Assembly (NCBI RefSeq): GCF_004010195.1
Contig: NC_057718.1
Location: 78,846,016 to 78,910,015 of the forward strand
Direction: 5' to 3'
DNA: 64,000 nucleotides
Source: Chiloscyllium plagiosum
Taxonomy: Eukaryota
This document shows, in pieces, positions 50,626-61,850 of the stretch. The notes under the pieces were generated by a model. The model ran no database searches. It saw only the letters and a program-made list of their open reading frames with translations, and had not been told where the DNA came from. The translations under genes were made by a program, and so were the position numbers. Numbering within the stretch: position 1 is the stretch's first letter; the number at the start of each line of letters is the position of its first letter.

Positions 50626-50629
50626 TCTA

Positions 50630-51575
50630 TACAGAGAGCAGAGGAGTTCCTCAGGTCTAGGCCCAACCATCTTCAGCTCCTTCTCTCCATCGTAAGGTCA
50701 GAAGTGGGGATATTTGCTGATGCTTACACAATTTCTGCACCACCCACAATTTCTCAGATACAGAAACAGTCAATGTCCAAATGCAGCAAGACCTGGACAA
50801 CATCCTGGGTTGGGCTGACAAGTGACAGCAACATTCACATCACACAAGTGCCAGGCAATGACCATCTGAAACAAAAGAAAATCTAACAATTGCTCAGTGA
50901 CATTCAACTGCACCATCACTGGATCCCCAATTATCAACATCTTGGTGGTTACCATTCATCATAAACAGAATGGACAGCTATAAAATTACTATGGCTACAA
51001 CAGCAGGTCAGAAGCTAGGAATCTTGCAGTGAACAACTCATTTCTTGATTCCTCAAAGCTTGTCTACAAGACACAAGTGGGGAGAGTGATAGAATGCTCT
51101 CTATTTGTCTGGCTAAGTGTTGCTCCCCAAATATTCAAGAAGCTTGAAATCATCCAGAACAAAGCAGCCTGTTTGATTGGCACCACATTCACAAACATCT
51201 ATTCCCTTCACCACTGATACTCAGTAGCAGCTCTGTGTGCCATCTAAAAGATACCCTGCAAAAATTCATCAAGATCCCTTCGACCACACCTTCCAAACTC
51301 ATGGCCACTACCATCTAGAAAGATGCAGGCAACAGATACATGGGAACACCACCACTTGCAAATTCCCTTCCAAGCCACTCATTGTTCTGGTTTGGAATTA
51401 TATTGCTGTGCCTTTAGCATTGTGTGCTCAAAGTCCTGAAACTTCCATCCTAACAGTATAATGGATGTACCAACATAAAATAAACTGCAGTGGTTCACCA
51501 CCATTGTCTCAAGGGCAATTCAGGATGGGGAATTATTGTTGGTCCAGCCAGTGACCCCAAAGCCCGTAAGTTAAT
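50630..51575 (+). mobile_element. Second CR1/L2-superfamily LINE family, RT to 3' end
   Basis: GVPQ..LGPTIF, EVGIFAD, YKTQVGRVIECS..W and KKLEIIQNKAACLI. Confidence 0.8.
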
Positions 51576-51694
51576 GCTAAAAAAAAAGTCTGTGAAAAGA
51601 GACAATACAAAGAAATTAGGATTGTTTTTTAAAGCAATATAAAACAAAATAGCAAAATGTTTGCAGTCAAGGAAGACTATGATGGGAATTAATC

Positions 51695-51878
51695 TTCGAG
51701 GAGAAAGTGAGGACTGCAGATGCTGGAGATCAGTGCTGAAAATGTGTTGCTGGAAAAGCAGTGGTGCTGAGTTCGAGGGATTTGACTGAGACAAGGTGGG
51801 GGGAGGGGAAATGAGGAAACTGTTCCTTGGATGCTGCCTGACCTGCTGCGCTTTTCCAGCAACACATTTTCAGCTCTG
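51695..51878. mobile_element. Short fold-back Penelope family 2 remnant
   Basis: gctgaaaatgtgttgctggaaaagc (about 51736-51759) is the reverse complement of gcttttccagcaacacattttcagc (51850-51874). Confidence 0.75.
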
Positions 51879-51881
51879 TGC

Positions 51882-54062
51882 ATATCTGTCAGCCAGGGTT
51901 CCCTAATTGGACCAGATTAACAGCTCCAGTCAGGGAACACAGAACCTATGAAGAGCAAGAATAGAAATTGCTGGAAAAGCTCTGTAGATCTGGCAGCATC
52001 TGTGGAAAGAAGTCAGAGTTAACGTTCCTATAAGGTCCACCTGGCTGACCTTATTTCAATCATTACATCCCTACTCCTCTGAATCCAAACACTTAGGCAG
52101 CACAATGCTGGATGATGAATCGTATGGAGCTGTCCTTATACGTCGGGTACCATTCAACTTCAGGAAATACTCAAATTCCTTGCTGGTAAATGATAGCCAG
52201 TTTTCTGTGACCAACACTTCTAGGAGTCTGTGCATTGCAAAAAATGTGTGCAGTTTTTTCTATCATCGTCCACATTGACGAATGAACTCTTTTTTTTGTA
52301 GCTCATCCTGGGTCAAGTTCCTGCAACTGTGCCTCTGATACGGATGGTGAAGAACACACACTGGCTTGCCTCATGTCCCTGGAGCATCTCAGAGGAAATG
52401 AATTGTCTTCTTCAGGTGGCAAAAGCATTGAGGTGACGACATCCATCATCTCCCTCTCAGATTCCTAGGTATCTTCAATGCTTAGTGGAAAAGGGAGAAC
52501 CGAATGTGTTTCAGAACAGTTGGAAAGACTATTTTAATCTGCTTGGCACGTTGTGCTCCTGCGCCATTTGCAAATTTGTAGCTTTCATGTTGTTCACATG
52601 CTAGTTCAGGACCATCACTCCGACTCAAAGTTATACATCACTGGAATTAACCTCTCATCAACCATGCCTCTTCCCCATGCAGGACCATTGCCATGATTTC
52701 TACACCAAACTTTGTTCCTTGCAATGATGCTGCTCCTTTAACAAGGTTATGTTGTTCTTGTTTTTTTTCAAAAGGGGTTGTAAAAGGGGTTTTGATTTAT
52801 CTGGGATAAGGCCACTTTGATTATGGCTAACAGATAATACCAAGGCAATAAGCAGGGAAAAAGAACTTTTGGTTTTATTTTATAACAGTCATACAATGAA
52901 AGGGAATGGCTAGTTCTCCTAGTTCAGGAATTTTTCTAGCTTGGTTTAGTTTTAGCTGGGGACTCTGAGAAGCTGCTGGAGTGAGTAGAGGTTCCATGCT
53001 TCAGAAATGATCCCCAACTGATCCTCTCTGAGATCTCTCTCTCCTGTAAGAACCTGGGTTTGAATTTACCTCTTTTTGCCAAGGGGTGTGTTTATGGGAA
53101 TGGTGCAGGCAATTGAACCAGCATCATTAAGTTATGATAGAGTCGGTTGTGTTTTCAGATAGATTAAGTTATTCTATATTCTGTTCTCTTTTGTTGGTGT
53201 TTCATTTGTTAGTTTGTAAATAAACTCTGTTTTGTTCAAAACTGAATGGTTTGACCAGCTACATCACTCCTGGAATATCCACCTTACATCTTCCTAAAAC
53301 AACTAGCAAAGTTAGGGTCTGGGCTACCTTCTTGAAATGTTTTGAGGGGATCTGGCCTGGCCCATAACACCCTGAAATAAACTGTCTCTTTCATTTAGCG
53401 GAGTCTTGTGTCTGACATTGGCATTCCTAATGCCGTTTCTTCCCCTCCTTACAGGTCCAAGAAGATCAGATTTAACCTGGTGTGGAATCTTCTCCCCATT
53501 ACCAACTCTGCTGGAGCTATCCCTAAAGTTGCATGAATGGTGGTCCTCTAATCAAATAGAAACTGGGACAGTTTGGTATCTGGTAAAACTGTAGGCTGTT
53601 TCTTTGAGTCTGCTTTCAAAGTTAGGACTCCTGCCAGACCATTGGATGATGAATCGTATGGAGCTGTCCTTATACATCGGGTACCATTCAACTTCAGGAA
53701 ATACTCAAATTCCTTGCCGGTAAATGATAGCCTGTTTTCTGTGACCAACACTTCTAGGAGTCTGTGCATTGCAAAAGATGCGTGCAGTTTTTCTATCATC
53801 GTCCACATTGACGAATGAACTCTATGCACATCCAACTGCTTTGAATGTGCATCCACAATGACTAAGAACATTGACCATGTGAAAGGATTGACATAATTGA
53901 AGTGTAACTGAACTCAGGGTTTACCCAACCAATTCCCACAAATGTGGGGGAGCTGCTGGTGGTAATTTTTGTCCTTATTGGCACTCTGGGCCCTGCATCA
54001 CCAACCCAGCTACTTCTGCATCCAATCCTGGCCACCAGACATAACCTCTCACTAACATCTTC
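51882..54062 (-). mobile_element. Second, truncated copy of the Gypsy family at 15664-20030 (integrase, 3' UTR, PPT, partial 3' LTR)
   Basis: MFLVIVDAHSKQLDV..LVTENRLSFTGKEF..TAPYDSSSNGLA. 51882-52067 is the reverse complement of the LTR 5' half, interrupted by a PLE family 4 piece at about 51950-52028. Confidence 0.88.
52720..53369 (+). mobile_element. Solo LTR nested in the Gypsy copy
   Basis: TGCAATGA...CATAACA with TSD TCCT/CCCT. The flanks rejoin to match the uninterrupted element at about 19345-19380. AATAAA at about 53219. Confidence 0.85.
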
Positions 54063-54253
54063 ATTTTTTGTTTTTATTAGAAAGTACAGTGAAATAGAAA
54101 TTAGGAGAGGGAAGAGGGCATTGAGTTAAAAAATACTTGTGGTTAATATTAAGAAAGTCCAAACGCATTTATAAGTATCATGGTCACAAGAGATTAACCA
54201 GTAAAGTAGTAGGATCCATTAGTGACAATCTTTGTGTGCAGGCTGTCACAGGA

Positions 54254-54374
54254 TAGGTAAAAAAAAGGACTGCAGATGCTGGAAACTAGAGTCTAGATTA
54301 GAGTGGTGCTGGTAAAGCACAGCAGGTCAGGCAGCATCCGAGGAGCAGGAAAATCGACGTTTCGGGCAAAAGCC
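54254..54374 (-). mobile_element. ~121-bp miniature Penelope family 2 insertion starting at hammerhead stem II
   Basis: Exact 15-bp TSD CAGGCTGTCACAGGA at 54239-54253 and 54375-54389. The minus strand begins GGGCTTTTGCCC-GAAACGTC. Confidence 0.88.
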
Positions 54375-54684
54375 CAGGCTGTCACAGGAGTCCATACTGC
54401 AGAAGTGGCAATGATTTTATGGAGCATATGATTACTGTCTGCTGTCAGTTTAGGAGCAATTTTCTTAAGATTGGGGCTGTTAACTATAAGTATAGACTGC
54501 TGCTGTTCATGTCAAGGCAGAACGCTTTATAGTAAGAGAACATCTCTAAATTAAGATACAAAGCTCGCAAAAACACATGCACACTGTCAATGTCAGCCTG
54601 CAACATATGGATCGTCGCTATCCTAGATCGATCAAGTGAATACTCTGTCCGCGTCTGTCTGATGAGAAAGAATTCTATGTAATC

Positions 54685-55810
54685 CCCTTTAACCTTAAAC
54701 TCATGCCCTCTAGTGCGTGATTCCCCAACCCTGGGAAAAAGACTAAGTGCATTCACCCTATCCATGCCTCTCATGATCTTATATACTTCTATAAGATCCC
54801 CCCTCAGTCTCCGACATTCTAAAGAAAAAAGTTCTAGCTTGTCCAACCTCTCTCTATAACTCAGACCATTGATTCCAGACAACATCCTTGTTAATTGTTT
54901 TTGCACTCTTTCCAGTTTAATAACATCCTACCTTTAGCAAGGTGACCAAACCCAACACAATACTCCAAGTTCAGCCTTACCAACGTAAAATAACTGCAAC
55001 ATAACCTCTCAGCTTCTATACTCAATGCCCTGACTGCTGAGGGACGGTGTGCCAAAAGCCTTCTTCACTGCCCTGTCTACCTGTGACATCTCAGCCCGCT
55101 TGGCACACCAGCCTCATTCCTGAAGAAGGGCTGATGCCCGAAACGTCAATTCTCCTGCTCCTCGGATGCTGCCTGGCCTGCTGCGCCTTTCCAGCACCAC
55201 ACTTTTCAACTCCACTTTCAGAGAACCGTGCACCTGAACTCCAAAGTCCCTCTGATCCACTACACTCCTTAAGGCCTTACCATTCACCATGAATCTCCTA
55301 CCTTGATCCCACTTTCCAAAATGCTAGACCTCACGCTTATCTGTATTAAACTCCATTTGCCATTTCTTGGCCCACTTCCCCAGCTGATCAAGGTCCTATT
55401 GCAATTTTTGGTAACCTTCCTCACAGCCCACAATACCACCTACTTTAGACTCATCTGTCAATTTACTAATCATGCCTCTCATCCAAATCATTGATTTTGA
55501 CAACAAACAGCAATGGGCCCAGCACTGACCCCTGAAATGCACCACTGGTCACAGGCCTCCAGTCCGACAAGGATCCTTCCACTATTATTAACCTCTGCTT
55601 CCTACCATCACACCAATTGTGGATCCCATGCGATCTAACCTTTCAGAACAGCCTACCATGTGGAACCTTAGAAAAGACCTTACTGAAATCCATGTAGAGT
55701 ATGTCTATGGCTCTGCCCTCATCAACCTTCCGGTCACTTCATCAAAGAACTCTGACTGATTTGTGAGGCATGATCTCCCACGCACAAGGCCATGCTGACT
55801 ACTTCTAGTC
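54685..55810 (-). mobile_element. CR1 RT/3' fragment with a mini-PLE inserted (55088-55210)
   Basis: QHGLVRGRSCLTN..EFFDEVT and LFSLECRRLRGDLIEVYKIM. Confidence 0.88.
55117..55150 (+). ncRNA. Minimal hammerhead ribozyme motif with intact core (PLE family 2)
   Basis: CTGAAGA-A-GGGC(TGAT)GCCC-GAAAC-GTC. Stem I pairing is weak in this copy. Confidence 0.6.
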
Positions 55811-56085
55811 AGATATTGTTCTCTGCAGTCAGAAAAATAAATCCTGAATGCGGTGTTGCCTGACCAGTGCCAGGGATCAGGACATTTTCTTAGGTTTAGA
55901 GAGGAACTTTGAGATAGGTAGAACAAAGAAATAGATCCTAGAAATAATAATCTCTGGGTTATTACTTAATCCACAAACAAATTGTCATATAGTAAACTAC
56001 ACTTTCTCTTATTTTTCCTGCTGCTGCAAAGGTCTGTGCATGGCAGAAACTTCTGGAACCAGAAGTCAATGTGTTCACATGCTGA

Positions 56086-56317
56086 GGCAAAAGTGAGGAC
56101 TGCAGATGCTGGAAACCAGAGTCTAGATTAGAGTGGTGCTGGAAAAGCACAGCAGGTCAGGCAGCATCCGTGGAGCAGGAAAATCGATGTTTCAGGCAAA
56201 AGCCCTTCATAGGCCTCCATTCCTGATGAAGGGCTTTTGCCCAAAACGTCAATATTCCTGCTCCTCGGATGCTGTCTGACCTGCTGTGCTTTTCCAGCAC
56301 CACTCTAATCTAGACTC
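56086..56317. mobile_element. Palindromic miniature Penelope family 2 element (two inverted hammerhead+tail units)
   Basis: Arms 56118-56213 and 56222-56318 are reverse complements with an 8-nt spacer. Exact 14-bp TSD TGTTCACATGCTGA (56072-56085, 56318-56331). Confidence 0.9.
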
Positions 56318-57228
56318 TGTTCACATGCTGACCCATGTGTATGGACACTTGGAGCTGCTGCTGCTGATAAATTAGATCAATGAGTTGAATGCATGACTCA
56401 AAAACTGGTATGGAAGAAATGAATTTAAATTGATGGAGCACTGACACCTAGCACACACAATTTTTAAGCTACTGTATTGGGATATAGAAGTACTCAGTGC
56501 CCTGTGTTCTGCTAATGTAATATTGAAGTTAAGACTTTATATGGTGTGTTTCCCAATTTATATGTATTATTCATGGACAAATGAATGGTAAATAAGTTCC
56601 TGCCACCAGGAAGCATTTTGGCTCCTCCAACGCCAATTAAACTTATCTTTACATCAGAAAACAGATTTCAGTTCTTGACAAATTGAGTACCCCCGCCCAT
56701 TATGCATTCTGCTCTTAAAGACCCCATTAAATGCCACCTATGCACAACTTGAAATCAGGAAGTACCTTTTTCCTCCTGAATGGGAGCGGAAATCTGGATT
56801 TTTCTCTCTCAAAATGTGATTGGTCAATCAACGTTTTCAGGGCTGAGACTGGTAGATTTCTTTGCTGTGAGGATGTCAGGCAACATAGGACAAAGGTCAG
56901 GGGTTGGGTTGAGGCATAGATCAGCAACCGTGATTGAACTGAGAGGTAGAGAAGGCTCGAGGGGCTGAATGATCTACACCTGCTCTGTTGTTCCTGGAAC
57001 ATAATTCTGCAATTATAAAAATTGACCATTACCCAGGAACTATCAACATTGGACTCAGACAACATTGAACAGCTGCTATCATTAATCCAGTTAGACCCAG
57101 TCCACATTTGAATGGAAACAAGGTGATCATCTCAGAGGTATTGTCGCGCTCAAGTAATCCTTTGAAGTATAGCTGGCAGAACTTCAAATCAATTTAGTTG
57201 CTGAAGAAGATTCAGATCACTATATGAT

Positions 57229-58130
57229 TGTAAAATGCACTTATATATGATGATCAGACCAAGAGGCCCAAATATTAAACAGCAGGAGCTTTATTAAGGA
57301 GATGTTCATTCTACAGGCATCAAGGCCACTAAAATGTTTCCAGCCCAAACTAACCAATGACATCATCATTACATCGCATTATTGGACTCTTAAAAGTGAC
57401 AGTTCACCATACTTGCACAAGTATGCAACATTTTCTCCTCCCCCTCTCTTTATATGAGAGGTTCCTGCAATGAAAACATGCACAATATTTACAATCATAC
57501 ATACCACAGTCAGTAGGTAAGACATTCTGGAGGACAGCAATTCCAATGGAGCTGTCAATACACCTCAAGTGTCTGTTCTTTTTCTCTTTGGCTTTAACTC
57601 TGGTGTTGAGGTGTACTAGGAATATCTTTCATCGTTGTCTTTTCCTGAGATGACTAAATGTTCAGAGGTCTGCATAATGTCATGGCATTCTCTAGTAAGG
57701 TACTGTCTTCCTCAGATGCTTCAGTTACTGTTCTGTCCTCAGGTATATTCAGGTCTCTATTTGGCACAGTGATTTGTAGATCTTCAATTAATGTTGTCTC
57801 TGGCACATTTGTTCTGGTTGCCAAGAATTGATCTGTATATTTTCTCCATTGTTAATATTGTTTCTACCCAAAGAGACTGATAATGTCACCACTACATCAT
57901 GTGTTTGGACTCGTAAGGTGCCAGTAAACTATATTTATAAAGATACACAACAATTATGATGAGGATTGAGAAGTCCGAGTTGGACTGAGTTTAAGCAACT
58001 AATCAGTTCAGTTGCTTTCATGTCAATTTGTATTATAATATGAACCAGTTGTGATCTTGTCTAATAATATTGCCAGGCCCTGTGGTTCTATTAAACAAAA
58101 CAGTCGAACTAATACTGTTTTCCTAATATG
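57229..58130 (-). mobile_element. 3' remnant of a different Gypsy element (LTR 57229-57430, PPT, integrase C-terminus)
   Basis: The minus strand reads PPT AGGGGGAGGAGAAAA then TGTTGCA...TTTTACA, with AATAAA. QWRKYTDQF resembles the WKRHxDQL motif. Confidence 0.65.
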
Positions 58131-58554
58131 CCAAAAACTCTCAATTCCTCAAAATTTGACCTTGACACTTTTGCCCTGCCCTTTACTTGGTCTCTTAATG
58201 GGCAGCTGTGTTGCAGGCACTTAAGACCTAAGATCTGGAATTCACTACATAAACCTTTTTGTCTCGCCTTTTTAAAAATATTGCTTAATCTCTTAAATCA
58301 AGCATTTGGTCACTTGTTTAAGGTGTCCTTCTTTAGCTGTGTTGATGTTTTTTCTGATTACACACCTGTTTAGTTTCCAGGGTCATTTTGACACATCAAA
58401 GGTAACTTCAAGCTGCAACCTGTTTTTTTATATCTGACTACATGACAACAGATTGTCAACAACTCTTTTTTACCTTTCTATGTAGCCTAATTGAGTGCCT
58501 ATCCCCAGAGATTTGGCAAATTAAACAAAATGGTGATGATCTTTACATCCTCAC

Positions 58555-59995
58555 TCTCCACGGGAGTAGTACCGGCTGGTTAGAGAGAGGTGACTGTTGT
58601 TCCTCTGTTCAAGGAAGGGAATATGGAAGTCCCTCGGAATTACAGACCAGTCACTCTTGCACCTGTGGTAAGCAAGGTACTGCAAAGGATTCTGGGAAGA
58701 TTTATGACTATTTGGAAAAACATAGTTTGATTTAAAATAGTCAGCATGGCTTTGTGAGGGGCAGGTCGTGCCTTCTTTGAGTTCTTTGAGGATGTGACGA
58801 GACAAGTTGACAAAGACCGAGCAGTGGAAGTGGGGTATCTGGATTTCAGTAAGGCATTTGATAAAGTTCCCCACAATAGGAGTTGGGAGGTATGGGAAAC
58901 AGGGAAATTTGGCTACCTGGATACAGAATTGGTGGCCAATAAAAGACAATGAGTGGTGGTGGATGTAAAGTATTCTGCCTGGAGGTCGGTGACCAGTGGT
59001 GTCCAGCAGGGATCTGTTCTTGGATCTCTGCTCTTGTAGTTTTATAAATGACTTGGATGAAGAAGTGGAAGGGTGGGTTAGTAAGTTTGCCGATGACACA
59101 AAGGTCGGTGGTGTTGTAGATAGTGTAGATAGTGTCGAGGGCTGTTGCAGGCTACAAGAAGACATTGTCAGGATACAGAGCTGGGCTGAGAAGTGGCAGA
59201 TGGAGTTCAATCTGGATAAATGTGAAGTGATTTATTTTGAAAGGCTGAATTTGAAATCTGAATACAAAGTTAAAGTCAGGAGTCTTGGCAGTGTGGAGGA
59301 ACAGTGGGATCTTGGGGTCCACATACATAGATCCCTCAAAGTTGCCATCCAAGTTGATAGGGTTGTTAAAAAGGTGTATAGTGTTTTGGCTTTCATTAAC
59401 GGGGGATTGAGTTTAAGAGCCGTGAGGTTTTGTTGCAGCTGTATAAAACCCTGGTTAGACCACATTTGGAATATTGTGTTCAGGTCTGGTCGCCTCATTA
59501 TAGGAAGGACACAGATGTTTAGAGAGGGTGCAGAGGAGATTTACCAGGATGCTATCTCTATTGGTGGGCTTGTCTTATGAAGAGAGGCTGAGTGGGCTAG
59601 GCCTTTTCACACTGGAGAGAAGAAGGAAGAGGGGTGACATGATAGAAGTGTACAAGATAATGAGAGGCACAGATACAGTAGATCGCCAGGGACTTTTCCC
59701 CAGGGCAGAAGTGGCTGTCACAAGGGGTCATAAATTTAAGGCGATTGAAGAAAGGTATAGGGGAGATGTCAGAGGTAGATTCTTTATATAGAAGGTGGTG
59801 GGTGCATGGAATGCATTGCCAGCAGTGGTAGTAGAATCAGAGACATTAGGAATATTTAAGCGACTGCTGGACAAGCACATGGACGACAGTAAATTGAGGG
59901 GTGTGTAGGTTAGGTTGATCTTAGATTAAAATAAATGCATGGCACAACATTGTGGGCTGAAGGGTCTGTACTGTGCTGCACTGTTCTATGTTCTA
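58555..59995 (+). mobile_element. CR1 LINE RT to 3' end
   Basis: FINDLDEEVEGWVSKFADDTKVGG..WAEKWQMEFNLDKC and QRRFTRML, with a (tgttcta)n tail. Confidence 0.92.
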
Positions 59996-60864
59996 AAACA
60001 GTGGAGTGCATGGCTCACTTCAACACTTCAGTTTCTTCAAATTGTTATATCTGTACAAAGAGCAGTAGAGGAAAATTGCCAACTGTAAATTGGTACCACA
60101 AATGATTTAGTGCTGGCTGGTGAGTTGTAGCATGAAAACCATTCCTCTTAAGTACTGTTTAAAAGAAGTTAATGAATGCTTCATTAAAAGCATAAATTGT
60201 CTCTCTGATTCCCAAATGGTTATTTTAATCAACCTGTTCAAAAATAACATGACATACGTCTGGAGCATGGGACTTGAACCAGGAGTTTCTGGCCCTAATT
60301 GCAAAATAATGTGTTGTTTATTGGTCACTTTTGCTTTTTCAAATATTACTGATTACTGTTCATAACTTATATTTTATTTCACTAAAATACATTAGGTCTT
60401 AGAGGGGATGTTTATATTTTCCAAAATGCATATTGCACAATTGTTTGAATTCTGAATATTTAGAGTGCTCTAAGGAATTATTAAAGTTAATGTGACTTTG
60501 AATAGATAATTTTAGAGAATATTATTTAAAACCTTTATGTTAGTTTATTATATGTGTTGTCCGCAAGTCCTATGGTTCTCACAGAGTACTGGTTTTGTCC
60601 AAATATGTCATGCTCTACACCTTTCATACCCTCTGTTTCACCTTTCAGGCCTCTTAACTTCAACATTCTCCTAGCAAATCTCTTTCAATCTTCATCTGAC
60701 TCTAATCTGTCAAGATGATCCATAAAATCTAGTACTGCAACCAAACACTCCAGTATCTCTTTCTTTGACTCAGTGCCAATTTTTCTCTGTTACAAAGTGC
60801 ATTTGGATGTTATGCTATATTCAGGGCACTATTTAAATGCAAATTGTTGCAGTTATATATTGAT

Positions 60865-61850
60865 TGTTATATCTACTGAACTTTTATCTGCTTAGGAATG
60901 GGAAACTGTTAAAACAATGCTTTATAATTAATATTGCTTGAAGGGCACAGGCTTTGAAGGATTCTTGAAAATTGATTAATTTCATGTTTTGTGGAAACAA
61001 CTGGAGTTGTTTCTTTAAGACAAGGTAATTCAAGGTTCATTGTGGACAGTGGTTCTGTTTTTAAATTAGGTTTCCTAAACATCAAATAACTGGTGGTAAT
61101 TTCTTGCTTTGCTATAAACTTCTGCTGGAGCTGTTCTTAACAGGAACTGGTTGGGAGAAGTTACTTGTTTTTATTTAGTTCATTTGGAGAAAAGCATATT
61201 AAGAACCAGCTAAGTTGGGGGAAAGTCTGCTAAAGTTGCTGAATTGAAGGAAAGCTTGCTAAGAACAAATGGCCTGGCTAATCTGTCCCATTTCTGAAAA
61301 AAAAACTCTCTTCTTGAATTCAGGATGTTCTTTTGAAAAAGTGTTTGAAGAAGCTTCTTAAAATTATAGTTCCTGAGCAACTAGCATCAGCAAATCTTCC
61401 AAGACAATTATGCGTGATTAGTGACTTGCTCACACATGACAAATCATCGGAACAACAGACTCCTGAACATCCAACACTTTATCCCTTTGTCTCTAAGAAT
61501 AACTCATTTGGCAAAAGTATTTTTCAAAAAAACAGGCTCTTGTGCGGAAGCATTTTTTTTCCACTTTTCCTGAAGAATGTATGCGTTTGCAAGATAGTTA
61601 TAAAGTTTAATCATTTCTATATTACTTAATTATTTGTTGCATCTTTATTGACTACGTTTTGTTTTGTTAATAAATCAATGTGTGTTTATTAAGAAACCTG
61701 GTGGACAGATCCAGTTGTTTAAAACCTGATGTAGATAAGGTATTTGACTGAAGTCATGATAACTGAATAAGTATTTTTATTTCATGTTGTGGGCCATGGA
61801 GGAGTTGGACTAAAATGATAATGTTCTCCTCAGCCTTAATATCCGAAACA
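60865..61850 (+). mobile_element. Possible old solo LTR
   Basis: TGTTAT...AAACA ends, AATAAA at about 61669 and similarity to 41170-41370. No matching TSD found. Confidence 0.3.

Noticed and set aside
58551..59210. Long ORFs in the track (e.g. 219 aa, 197 aa, 188 aa, and those containing X)
   Set aside because: Antisense or shadow frames of CR1/PLE sequence, or artefacts of N-gaps; not host genes.
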